This document shows positions 20,101 to 28,657 of a stretch of DNA of 64,000 bases, one piece after another. The stretch comes from a virus. The position numbers and the translations under genes were made by a program. The stretch's first letter is position 1, and every line of letters starts with the position of its first letter. The notes under the pieces were generated by a model, which was not told the DNA's origin, ran no database searches, and saw only the letters and a program-made list of their open reading frames with translations. The stretch covers positions 3,783-67,782 of the IMG/VR virus record IMGVR_UViG_3300026519_000011. One strand, 5' to 3'.

Positions 20101-21684
20101 ATCGCTTCTGAGAAATACCTCGACGGTAAACGTAAAGCGGCGGCGCTTGAGCGACGTAAGAACCAATCTACCCTCCGCTTAACAGAGGCGCAGAACCAGA
20201 ATATTGAAGCGTATGAGACCGCTAAGGCCGCCCTATTCTCTGAGAACATTACGGAAGCCATCACTAAGATAGAGAGAGAAGCATCGCCAAAGCCTTCTTT
20301 CTTACGACCTACCGATCAGAAGAAAGACAGTCGTGACAACCTGCTTGCCTCCGCAGTAGCCTCAAAGAAATTGCTGGCGTTACTGAATACGATAGATCCT
20401 AACGATGGAAAATTGAAAGCCACTAGAGAGAACTTACTGGCAAAAATTTCTCAGTCCTCTCAGACCATGGCAAACAATCTACAGGTGTTCGTTAGCGGTA
20501 GTAGTTTTGGTAAACAACTAGAACTCATGGACACCTTGATAGCCATTCAGGAGTCTAGCCCAATATGGGACACCGTGGCTAGACTGCCTGACCTTCTATC
20601 TACCGCCATCATATCGCCATTCTTTGAGAGCAAGCAGGACTCAGAAGGCAATGACATAGATTTAGCAGATCGCATCCTGTCTGCACTTGAGCAAGGCTTC
20701 AAAGCTGAGGTCCAGAACATTGCTACGGAGTACTTCAAACAAGGTATTGCTGGAGGTATAGGGGCGATTCTCGAGGACCTCCTCCCAGAAGATGGGGCGA
20801 TAGAGGTTCAGAAAGACCTTAAACTTGCCAATGAGAAAAACACCGCTGCACTTATTAGGCTCACTACGCTTTATCAGAAATTAGCCGAAGGTAAAGACGT
20901 TACTAAGGCTTTCGAGGATTATAAGGGGGATGGTACTACACCGCCTCCTGAGGCAGGAGACAAACCTCCGTACTCAATGGAAGAAGTAGTAGGAGGCGAC
21001 AAACCTCCGTACTCAATGGAAGAAGTAGTAGGAGGTGAGGACGGTGAGGACGGTGAGGACGGTGGCGTTATGTCGGGTGTCCTTGAGGATTTCAAGGACG
21101 GCTTCTCAGCGCTGTTTAATAAAGATGGTTCCTTATTTGAGAACATTGGGTCGTTCTTCTCGGAGATATTTGGTAAAGGCTCTGGCCTAGATGGGGCGTT
21201 ATCCGGACTACTAGGTAATATCTTTGGTAATGACGCAGGTGGAAAAGGGGAAGGTGATTTCTTTTCTTCTGTGGTTAAAGGTATATTTGGTGCCGCTAGT
21301 GGGGGCGCTAAATTTGCTAAAGGCGTAGCTGGATACGGTAAGATTTCAGGAGCTAAGGGACGAGACAGAATTCCTGGTCTAGGGGTTAGTGGTGGCGTGG
21401 TAGCCCCTATTATGGTTAGCGATGGTGAGTCTATCCTTACTCGATCTGCCTCTGAGTTGTTAGGATATAACCACATAGATGATTTAAACGCTGGGCGGTT
21501 CACTTCCGCTCCCTTGTCGGTGGAGAGCGCCGCTGGGTCAGGTGGGACATCCCAAGCCCCTGTTAACGTTTCTGTTGAGCCAGGAGTAACACAGGTGTTT
21601 GTGGGTAACGACGAAATAGAACGAGCTATGAACACGCGAGCAGGAAGGCAGGTCATTAGTCGTATCGCTAAGGAGTCCAAGTAA
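14188..21684 (+). CDS. Tail tape measure protein (2498 aa)
   Basis: Longest ORF, helical, with a TP901-like core (TTKFTIGEISDAARVL...ATANLAAAT) and the conserved C-terminal G..DRIP..VSDGE motif. Confidence 0.92.
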   Translation: MDNSIQIEVLALLDPKSGGVINEGKFAKELTKDLKKLIADTEKTLKQLSVNPTLAVHPKYAGMRDKSKFLAAIKADAGKLQKEAKAVFEKMPIHAKMAVALDIDGATREFSRQLDTLQRSLVAVANSRGGRISKEVSKALNLNPKALVNLGTLTKGQNATVSRRVQQSSTATSKIAEVGNSAALGKQVLKSVSGNIDRVAEKHLAAVNTFLKSEQKKLTKLLATSKTTSDKVISNREARLDAINDSLQQNNKRYSTYVRNLEAAEAHRARIRRTADRINQQGAGSSLRPDNLRLGKDKLDAELIRERAEYRKERQTLSSRERSDRLAYQKSISNASREIQKSLRSAQNHQDLLRKREGINKVIGSTNPIKQLTSYTRGQARTINQMYKLVNDSDVIRKGKVVTVDSSHATRSRKALLTAFNDGQAESLFENRKQTRVFKDLHKAVSRTDNKRGKEKEDAVLRTIADTQKKLDTFLANPNKLDEDGRRALLKDTRDAARAAKRLRQTSSIGSEANASYRRQEQLLDKGVRQLTKSIDNNLSNDVKQRVADRISKGLTGSKGHVTVPDNVTPAQASFIKDLSNSFKDTSLVESVGKKFEDMTRDDFRRLNKWKDDVTKAQRLGLINEATARTAHERLTLAGARPTIGGTGNLAYSRQFQSDYTAGKLSGANTASGLVQSKELLGALNKEINATTKAQREARVIQGQLSDRLRTDNSLDDAQRKQLRDTIGVLDKAYKKHGERLGNLTRHYEKVGGIRGALRDSTDGRRIPTGLGGGGGRGGSGSGSNSSIGLLLRQFARLYLGFAVLGTAVSGVVALVGELATLDTNMKSVQAAALGTTEQMHGIRSAIKAVGITTKFTIGEISDAARVLVQADVPLSEVPATLRATANLAAATDSDVGISADLLTSFSKVYSEYSPDQVASLLTKTFNLSKLNAEDLQTILGISTQTAKTMNLSGEQFLAAVSVLRNQGLKASTAATGLRQGLNEVFTPNTKTTERLGERYAAIGENRSAEEIRRRFADFRDGMSPLVEVISELRRLGFGGSAKKEFSRFINIRGENALNALARGQDDLATKEFQLPFGDSATRASEIQLQGITATIKNLGAAITVLSDSALEPLISLVKDGARYMTTSLTDLDKANTKALAEGRSGIGSTVLTSLIGGAAGNALTRGRSLGTRVGAIAGGAVAGGALGGATLSSDRDVAQVNAGLVALVTAYEAYSLFARRSTAVLSKQSAMTLPALNTASKSVGKIGSGISKLRSVSGALVTGIRSFFGPVAWLVTFALPTILDIFSSTGVEEQAVALDKALLDSQAKIQAAKQAAEQFTDTQGATAASVYEKHATAVTEFNKTMHDAGLKVEDRTTLVEKVGAVIEEGLDANNENYKQLATYLTSNSTLDKDTVGDYIRTFHNLQQASNNSLKAAVTETKNVIAGIEDKVKDGQAVSEVETEMLAAWESMIYSNADVYALFMGDIGNLSADAIQKATGLLKNVQAQFNARIAKAYKGVLTAEQETIDKTSREQSKLFLDRLGKASAKLTNADAYDDPGGSKEDKARSKKEYVSYLTNKGKEIYSVYLKEILNLNTRLKANPTTENIANVQAEKEELYKTVSKLLKRSSDGLRFSGGFIRDAKQTAELRKVYSQTLTNISQLALEDHKSTVGKVAGAEKLAINKAGSLKATLGTLISTFEKERSAEGSKSLQTLEDVMLKLTDSQREMIKTVGSGSAEDFARQYLIAKDGVLTDDASVKHNKAQTEKLFNLLKTYLVSSERYQKEVAKGLGGSDESLKYESDAVALKLKTRKDGATKENKALVDHSISLRRKALESQLAKAKATLRATPKSSDRNNYVYDDLGKAKAAVAKIVAEIGMLGDQRKLLIQGLEKRKPRAKRDTTKKDKAKKQREKDKKKREADRKKEQIQAAIEADQKKRAADALNTLKKRLQGLTFDDTLNSDELKKVMQDRANLMAIINAKELEKANLEAIASEKYLDGKRKAAALERRKNQSTLRLTEAQNQNIEAYETAKAALFSENITEAITKIEREASPKPSFLRPTDQKKDSRDNLLASAVASKKLLALLNTIDPNDGKLKATRENLLAKISQSSQTMANNLQVFVSGSSFGKQLELMDTLIAIQESSPIWDTVARLPDLLSTAIISPFFESKQDSEGNDIDLADRILSALEQGFKAEVQNIATEYFKQGIAGGIGAILEDLLPEDGAIEVQKDLKLANEKNTAALIRLTTLYQKLAEGKDVTKAFEDYKGDGTTPPPEAGDKPPYSMEEVVGGDKPPYSMEEVVGGEDGEDGEDGGVMSGVLEDFKDGFSALFNKDGSLFENIGSFFSEIFGKGSGLDGALSGLLGNIFGNDAGGKGEGDFFSSVVKGIFGAASGGAKFAKGVAGYGKISGAKGRDRIPGLGVSGGVVAPIMVSDGESILTRSASELLGYNHIDDLNAGRFTSAPLSVESAAGSGGTSQAPVNVSVEPGVTQVFVGNDEIERAMNTRAGRQVISRIAKESK

Positions 21685-24600
21685 TGCCCACGCAGTACGC
21701 CTTTAATAGGCTGGAGGAATTACGACCTTCTCAACCTGAACCAGATATAATAGTAGCCTTAGCCAGTAGCTCCGTGGCTAGAGCGGAATCGCAGGTAGTT
21801 ACTGTGGTTGACTTAGGACTGGTATCCGAGGAGGTAAGCTTCACGGCTGTTGCTTACGTCTCAGAAGCGGGAATTCCCGTATCGCACATAAACACCTTTG
21901 ACATACCTAAACCACTAGTTCTGCTCCACAGAACCCCGGTTGCTGTGAGAAACGACCTACCTACTCTGTATGCTATTAACTCCCCAGAACTTGAGCAGGT
22001 ACTTGATGGGGCGGTCTTTGGTTACAGCGCCAGTGCGGTAAAGAACGCAACTAAACAAGAGGCGTATGTGGATACGCCTAAGCTAGATTTTAAGACCACC
22101 TTTAAGACGGACATCTATAAGCCTGCTACATTTATCCCACCCTCTAATGGCACACTATCTCACCCAGTAGGTGAAGCGGTGTATGGCGCAGGGCTTAAAC
22201 TGAAATGGGATGGGAATATACCCGCGCCAGAGTCTTGGGCTATCTGGATAGGGACACAGCCCTTACAACGTGACCTAGAAAGCCGAGAAGTACCACTCAC
22301 CCCTGCGGTAGGAGGTAAGTACGTTTATGACCTTTCAGGGTATACGCTTACGGGCGATGATTTTTACGTCACGCTGTATGCCGTGAACGCAGGTGTGCCT
22401 ACTTATGTTGATTTCAGGAAATTCCACTTCGATACGTTAAACAGTATTAGTCTGGTGTCACATCCTCTTGATACGGTTAAGATCCTCGATGATGATGAGG
22501 TGCTACAGTTCCGAGCCATGCCAACTGTGGCAGACACCTTTACCATGAGCGCCACTGATAACACCGGTACGGTACTAGCCACCGATGCCACGTTACTGCC
22601 GGACAGTAACTACCAGTTCTCTAATCTTGATAGTACGCTCACCTCGGTGTCGATACGCGCTACACTAAAGCTTACTGGAGACCCAGATAGTGAATACTAT
22701 ACGGAGTTCACGAGACAGTACGACCCATTTGCCCCTGTCACTTTACTTCCTATCACGCTAACAGGTAACAGTGGAATAGTGCAGTGGGTATCGCCAGGCT
22801 GGTCTGATGATCTTTCTTGGGATATAGCAGCAGGAACACCGGCTAACCCTACCAGTGCAGTGAACCTGACAGGGCTTCCTGCTGGGGCTAGACAAGTATC
22901 TGGCATTAACTTCCGACCAGAGCAAGGTCCGCTTGTGCTTACCGTCACTTGGACAAGAGAAGGCAATCAGCCTCAGTCCATTGTCGGGGCTGTGGACTCC
23001 CCTTCTCTTGGGTTGACTAAAGCTAGTGAAGGTACCACGCTCGGGGGCATCACGGAGGTAGTATCGTGGACTGAGATGCCTTTCACCGATAACTACAAGG
23101 TGGTGGCTACTCAAAATGGGGCGGTACTGTTCGACAGCGGAGAGTTAGTAGGGGTCACCAGCACCACGATGACTAACCTGCCGTTAGGTTCTCCAGACCT
23201 CATTACCGTCACCCTGTATCACACCTACCAAGGGGTAGTCACAGAAACACAAAAAGTATGGGCACCCTCCTCCTCTCTCTTTCAAAATGACTTAGACAAG
23301 CCGTTATTGGGCAATGCTTTGTTGCTGAAGTGGCTACCTATCTCAGGCGACCACGACAGCCTACGCGTGTACGTGGCTGGAAGGTCTGGAGGTACGGAGC
23401 TACCGGCTAACGCCACCGAGTCTTGGGTATACGACATCCCTCTAAACCTAGACCCAGCAAGGTTCCACTTGGTATCAGTTAAGGCGGACGTAGAGACCAT
23501 CATTCAGACGATGCCTCTCACTATAAGCAATCAAGCACCGGTACTTACCGCCCCTGCCCTGGCCATTACCAGTAATACTACACAGGTGGCGTGGACACGG
23601 TCGGTACAAAGCGTAGCCTTCCAGAAAGCTATCCTACTTGCCACAGACAACTCCGTAATAGCTTCAACAGGTCCGCTATCTAACCTTGACTCATCCGCAC
23701 TGCTGACAGGGATACCAGATGTACCTAACCCTATTCGTATCTTGCTGTCTGTAGGTTTTGGTGGGGCTGAACACGGATCTACCTTTGCGCTTGAGAATAC
23801 CCGACTATTCCAGAATCTCACCTTTCCTGATGACGCTTTCTACGCAGATTCCGAGCAGATCACGTGGGATATAATAACGTTAAAGACGTTGGAGAACGTA
23901 AACGTACAAGTAAAGAGCAAAGCCTCTGGGCTTATCTATTACACCTCTGGTCCTCTAGCGCCTGAGATTAGGGAAGCACCTGCTACTGGGTTACCTACCG
24001 ATGGAAGTGATTTAGTAGTTACCCTGTATGCCAAGGCAGTAGGCGATGACTGGGTGGCTAAGGAATTCCCAGTAAAGGCATACGACCAAGCGTTAGTAAC
24101 GCCTTACATTGTATCCCCGAATGCCAGCGATACATTGCCTGTAGGTCCTAATACCTTCAGACTGTCCACTAATGGGCTACCTATAGCGTATTGGAGGTTC
24201 GTCATGGTGACGAACCAAGATGACCTGTCAAACCCCATTTATGACAGCGGGAATGTGCCTCCCAGTACGGTACTTTTTCCTGTACCTGCTATAGGCACAG
24301 GAGCACCCGTATACGCGGTGATAACGTACACGGACGGTACGATAATTAAGAAGATAGTTAAGCGGTTCACTGCCCCTTTGACCGTACCAGAACTGACTAC
24401 CCCAATAATTTATGACAGTGAGGACTTTACCTACACTTGGGGTACTATGGGTGCTATCGTGACTGCGTGGAGATTTACCGCAGAGCAAGGTGGAGGTGAG
24501 TTCTACGACTCAGGGGTGCTGGCTGCGGGGACGTACAATGCTTTCGTGACAGGGCACAATGTTGTGGGGTTACCTGTTACGGCGAAACTACATTATCAAT

Positions 24601-26033
24601 TAACAGATGGAAGCTGGCACGTTGTGACCGAAATTAATACCGGATTTACGCGACGTCCTACACTGGTGTCACCTACCTCAGGAACTTTGCTCACTACGGA
24701 TTCACCGCTATTCACTTGGGACTCTAATGGTGTTGTGGCTGAGTCTTGGGTACTCAAGATGGCAGGAACGGGGGATATACCTGAAGTAATCTACGAAGGT
24801 ATTCCTACAGGCACGCTACAGAAGACCTTGTACGGTATTACCCCTGATGGTACGCCGCGTAACGTATGGCTTGGATTCAGAGAGACTGTTGATGCGCCTT
24901 ACAAGATGGAACTCTACACGTTCCCTACGTTAGGTTCTCCGGTGTTCATTAATAGTTACCCTCCTGTGGAGAGCTTCACGGCTAATTGGGATAACCGAGG
25001 TACTCAGGTGAATTACTACACAGTTAGGCTTGGTAGCACTGCGGGAGCACAAGATTTAGGAATATCTCCGTCCCTGCCTAATGCTAGAAGGGCGTTCAGT
25101 TTCTTCAACCTTCCTAGAGACGGCAGAGTTATGTATGTAACACTAGAGTGGGTTAAGGTAGGGGGTACTGCCCCTTCTTCGGTAAGTAAACAAGTAAGGG
25201 CCCAGCTTTACGCCCCTAGTATTATCCCTGTAGAAGCGCCGTTGGTGGGGTCTAAAATAATCTCTTGGCAGGCAGGCGGGGTGGCGGTTTCAGAGTGGGG
25301 CTTAGAGGTTGGTACCTCTTATGGTGGTTCTGATGTGTTTAGCATACCTACAGGAATTCCCGCAGATGACACTACGGAAGCCGTAGACCTGCCAGTGATA
25401 CAAGGTACAGCATATTACACCTTGCATTATAAGCGGGCTGATGACGGGACATGGCACACCTCTGAGTACTCTCATCCCTTGGTGCAAGCGCCTTACCTAA
25501 TAGCGCCTAGTGAAGGTACGGTACTTGCGGGGGATAAGGTTACAGTGTCATGGGGTCCAGGAACTGACAACAAACTGGACAGATGGCAGGTGCTTGCAGG
25601 TCCTGTGGCTGGCGCTAACACCTTCTATGACTCGGGTGAGCTACTCACCTTCAGGCCTCATGAAGAGGTCACAGGGCTTCCTATTGACGGTTCTGAGGTG
25701 TGGGTGACGTTACGGTATCACGATGGTGTGGCGGACACATGGGACGAAATAACCGCACGGTACATTGCCTTCTTGAAGTTACCTGAGTTTTCCAATACGG
25801 TACTAGGGCAGAACGGTTTGATAAAGGAGCGCCTACACGACTTCGAGCACACCTTCCAGTGGGACTTCTTTAACCTACCTATAACCTCCTTCGAGCTTCT
25901 TATGGGGTCTACTCCCGGAGCGGATGATGTCTATCATTCTGCGGTATTGTCTGGGAGCGCAACTTCAGATACCGTTACGGGCATCCCGTCAGACGGCAGG
26001 GATTTGTACTTAACCTTACGATGGACCTTCTAA
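21684..26033 (+). CDS. Large virion protein with tandem Ig/FN3-like repeats
   Basis: Roughly a dozen ~95-aa repeats of type SP..G..L....FTW......W.L..GT..G..D.YDSG.L....LP.DG...YVTL.Y. Confidence 0.7.
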   Translation: MPTQYAFNRLEELRPSQPEPDIIVALASSSVARAESQVVTVVDLGLVSEEVSFTAVAYVSEAGIPVSHINTFDIPKPLVLLHRTPVAVRNDLPTLYAINSPELEQVLDGAVFGYSASAVKNATKQEAYVDTPKLDFKTTFKTDIYKPATFIPPSNGTLSHPVGEAVYGAGLKLKWDGNIPAPESWAIWIGTQPLQRDLESREVPLTPAVGGKYVYDLSGYTLTGDDFYVTLYAVNAGVPTYVDFRKFHFDTLNSISLVSHPLDTVKILDDDEVLQFRAMPTVADTFTMSATDNTGTVLATDATLLPDSNYQFSNLDSTLTSVSIRATLKLTGDPDSEYYTEFTRQYDPFAPVTLLPITLTGNSGIVQWVSPGWSDDLSWDIAAGTPANPTSAVNLTGLPAGARQVSGINFRPEQGPLVLTVTWTREGNQPQSIVGAVDSPSLGLTKASEGTTLGGITEVVSWTEMPFTDNYKVVATQNGAVLFDSGELVGVTSTTMTNLPLGSPDLITVTLYHTYQGVVTETQKVWAPSSSLFQNDLDKPLLGNALLLKWLPISGDHDSLRVYVAGRSGGTELPANATESWVYDIPLNLDPARFHLVSVKADVETIIQTMPLTISNQAPVLTAPALAITSNTTQVAWTRSVQSVAFQKAILLATDNSVIASTGPLSNLDSSALLTGIPDVPNPIRILLSVGFGGAEHGSTFALENTRLFQNLTFPDDAFYADSEQITWDIITLKTLENVNVQVKSKASGLIYYTSGPLAPEIREAPATGLPTDGSDLVVTLYAKAVGDDWVAKEFPVKAYDQALVTPYIVSPNASDTLPVGPNTFRLSTNGLPIAYWRFVMVTNQDDLSNPIYDSGNVPPSTVLFPVPAIGTGAPVYAVITYTDGTIIKKIVKRFTAPLTVPELTTPIIYDSEDFTYTWGTMGAIVTAWRFTAEQGGGEFYDSGVLAAGTYNAFVTGHNVVGLPVTAKLHYQLTDGSWHVVTEINTGFTRRPTLVSPTSGTLLTTDSPLFTWDSNGVVAESWVLKMAGTGDIPEVIYEGIPTGTLQKTLYGITPDGTPRNVWLGFRETVDAPYKMELYTFPTLGSPVFINSYPPVESFTANWDNRGTQVNYYTVRLGSTAGAQDLGISPSLPNARRAFSFFNLPRDGRVMYVTLEWVKVGGTAPSSVSKQVRAQLYAPSIIPVEAPLVGSKIISWQAGGVAVSEWGLEVGTSYGGSDVFSIPTGIPADDTTEAVDLPVIQGTAYYTLHYKRADDGTWHTSEYSHPLVQAPYLIAPSEGTVLAGDKVTVSWGPGTDNKLDRWQVLAGPVAGANTFYDSGELLTFRPHEEVTGLPIDGSEVWVTLRYHDGVADTWDEITARYIAFLKLPEFSNTVLGQNGLIKERLHDFEHTFQWDFFNLPITSFELLMGSTPGADDVYHSAVLSGSATSDTVTGIPSDGRDLYLTLRWTF
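24197..24215. repeat. 19-bp palindrome copy 3 (intragenic)
   Basis: GTTCGTCATGGTGACGAAC, encodes FVMVTN. Confidence 0.9.
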
Positions 26034-26037
26034 CACC

Positions 26038-27837
26038 ATGCCAACTTTCATTCAACAAGAGTACTTAGCGCCTGACGCACCTAAGGTGGTAAGCCCTGGA
26101 CCTGGCTCAGGGATAGGGGGTAGTTCCGTCGTATTTACGTGGGTTTCCCCTACGCTTAACGTGGATAGCTATCGACTTACGTTAGGATCTACGCAGGACG
26201 GTACTAACTATCACGATTCCGGTGCGCTTAATCAGACTACGGATGTGGTTACAGGCATCCCCTATGACGCAGGGGCTATACACGCGACGCTGTACTTCAC
26301 TAACTCCGGTGTCACGCGTTTCGTTCGTTACCAGTACACGGAGTCCCACCCTAGGATACGCACCCCTGTGGCCTATTCTGAACAGCCTATTGGCAACATC
26401 CCAATAAAATGGGCACCAGCAGATGCAGACCTAGGGTGTGATGTAACCATCACAGGTAAGCAGTCAGGGGTAGTGTATTTCCTGAGCTCGGCCAATAAAG
26501 GTAAATCAGCGTTTTGGCGGGTATCAGCAAGCGACTTGAACGCCCAAGATACACAGTTTGTAACTACCGTTAAGTGGCTGTCAGGTCCACTGACATTGAC
26601 TAAGGAATTCATACTGCACTCCTTACCTGCGTTGAATACCCCATATGACGTGGTTACCCCAGACCCTAGCGCCTTTAGTATCCTTGGTACCTTGGTAGGC
26701 AGTACGGACACCCTGAGCTTCCCTACTACGGTAAATCTGTTTAGGGATGGAAAGGAGACACGCTTCACTACCTCTGAGACACCGCTGTATTCTCAGCAAG
26801 CCACAGTAGCCTTGCCAGGCATAAAGCAAAATGAATTTATGCACTATGTGCGCAAGGTGGGAAGAAATTACACATGGCTACCAGCCCCTGCTCATACGCT
26901 TTGGGGTTCATTGCTTGGTGACCTTTTCACATTAGGTACTGGCGTAGAGTTCTCTTGGATGTGGACGATAGCTTCGCATGTAATGGTGGTAGTACCTACT
27001 ACGGATCAGTTCATGGTAATACCACTTGTTACGCTTAATAGTAGTAGGGTGGCTAGACTAGGATTCACAGGATTCTCGGATGCAGAGTCTGGCGAGGTAT
27101 CAGTGCAGGTGTGCCCTTGCATACCTCAAGTGCCTGACTTCTTGGAAGTGACTCATGCTGGCAGGAGAAGCGCTTCGGCTAAGGTTAAAGGGCTACCCAC
27201 CGCCTTACCTGTGAATAGCCAGAGACCGTTGTCTGAACTCAGCCTTGCCCATGACGTAAACGGTAAGAAGGTGCTTCCTGTGCTGTCACCGTTCTCCTCC
27301 AGAAAGTTTACCCAGCTCATAGAGAGCACTACCGCTACGCACAACCCTGAGTATTTCCCTATAGGGAAACAAGCCATAGATTTGTCGGCGTACACGTTTG
27401 CATGGACTGACAGCCAGCAACTTATTGGGCTGGTTAATTTTTTCCTAGACATAAAAGGGGCGCAAGAGTCTTTCATCTTGACAGATTATATGTCCACGCT
27501 TCCCGTGGTGGCATCCCCTACCGTTAACTCCGTGAGGCTATCCTACGCCTCAGATAAACAGAGACCGGTCACGGGGGATTTCAGGTATCTCGTCGTGCTT
27601 AAAGGACAGAATCCGGTATCCATCCATAAAGTTACTGGCTTTACCTTTGAGGATTACGATATGATAGTCACTCTTGATGAGCCGTTATCTTCAGATGCAC
27701 AGAGTAAACTCACCGATTGCTCCTATTCACTTTGTGAAGGGGTTATGGCTAGAGTTACCGACAGCACCATAACTATGACGCATCAAGGCATGGGCAAAGG
27801 GTCTTGCAGTTTATCTTTTACGGAGGTGGTTGAGTGA
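26038..27837 (+). CDS. Tail protein with N-terminal Ig-like repeats and a distal-tail-like C-terminus
   Basis: Same repeat at the N-terminus; FFLDIKGAQESF resembles distal tail proteins; precedes the BR0599-like gene. Confidence 0.6.
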   Translation: MPTFIQQEYLAPDAPKVVSPGPGSGIGGSSVVFTWVSPTLNVDSYRLTLGSTQDGTNYHDSGALNQTTDVVTGIPYDAGAIHATLYFTNSGVTRFVRYQYTESHPRIRTPVAYSEQPIGNIPIKWAPADADLGCDVTITGKQSGVVYFLSSANKGKSAFWRVSASDLNAQDTQFVTTVKWLSGPLTLTKEFILHSLPALNTPYDVVTPDPSAFSILGTLVGSTDTLSFPTTVNLFRDGKETRFTTSETPLYSQQATVALPGIKQNEFMHYVRKVGRNYTWLPAPAHTLWGSLLGDLFTLGTGVEFSWMWTIASHVMVVVPTTDQFMVIPLVTLNSSRVARLGFTGFSDAESGEVSVQVCPCIPQVPDFLEVTHAGRRSASAKVKGLPTALPVNSQRPLSELSLAHDVNGKKVLPVLSPFSSRKFTQLIESTTATHNPEYFPIGKQAIDLSAYTFAWTDSQQLIGLVNFFLDIKGAQESFILTDYMSTLPVVASPTVNSVRLSYASDKQRPVTGDFRYLVVLKGQNPVSIHKVTGFTFEDYDMIVTLDEPLSSDAQSKLTDCSYSLCEGVMARVTDSTITMTHQGMGKGSCSLSFTEVVE

Positions 27838-28652
27838 GTGACGCTACAGTAGGAACCTACCTATTACTGGTAGACATATTCAGAGGGGCTGAACACTTCG
27901 CTATGGTGGCTTCTGGTCGCCCCTTTAGTTTCCAAGGCACTACTTACGAACCCGCTGACATGAAGTTTAGAGAAGCTAATATGCGCTCGTCAGGAAAGGC
28001 TTCTTCGCAAGGGTTTAACTTCTCCATCCCTGCTTCTTCCGATGCGGGTAAGTTCTTAAAATTACCCGTGGATTCCGACGCTACAAAGGTCATCATGCGG
28101 ATGGTGTCCACGGGAGGAGAGCAGGTGTTCTTGTTGCGGGGTGTCGTTCAGAATGTCTCTGATGAAGTCCGTATGATTGGGCTTGAGATAGGTACGCTAC
28201 GCGTCAGCCTAGGGCACGTAGGACTTAACCTAAAGTATGCGAATACGTGTAGCCACTCCCTGTATAATTCCAGATGCAAAGTTCCTAAACAAGGATTCCC
28301 TCAACAGATATTAGGTGGCTTTAAGGCTACTACCGGAGGCGGGTATGTCATCCACCTCTCGGTAGCTGTGACTGACCAAGAGCATTACGACGAAGGATTT
28401 CTCACGATAGACCATCAAGGTGTTAAGCTGTACTCACCTATCACCAAGATAGTGTCCTACGGGACGGGTAGTTTAGTTTTCTTGCCTCGATGGTTGGGCG
28501 TTGACCTACAGAATGGGGTGGCGATATTATACAAAGGGTGCGACCTAACTTTCACTACCTGCAAAACAAGATTCAATAATACGGAAAACTTTGGCGGGTT
28601 TCCGTTCTTTACAGGGTCTGAAAACCCTTTCAATAACCACGTCTTGGATTAA
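27834..28652 (+). CDS. Tail hub protein, DUF2163/BR0599 (GTA gp13-like)
   Basis: C.HSLY..RC and GCD.TFTTCK.RFNN..NFGGFPF signature. Confidence 0.88.
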   Translation: MSDATVGTYLLLVDIFRGAEHFAMVASGRPFSFQGTTYEPADMKFREANMRSSGKASSQGFNFSIPASSDAGKFLKLPVDSDATKVIMRMVSTGGEQVFLLRGVVQNVSDEVRMIGLEIGTLRVSLGHVGLNLKYANTCSHSLYNSRCKVPKQGFPQQILGGFKATTGGGYVIHLSVAVTDQEHYDEGFLTIDHQGVKLYSPITKIVSYGTGSLVFLPRWLGVDLQNGVAILYKGCDLTFTTCKTRFNNTENFGGFPFFTGSENPFNNHVLD

Positions 28653-28657
28653 TCGTT

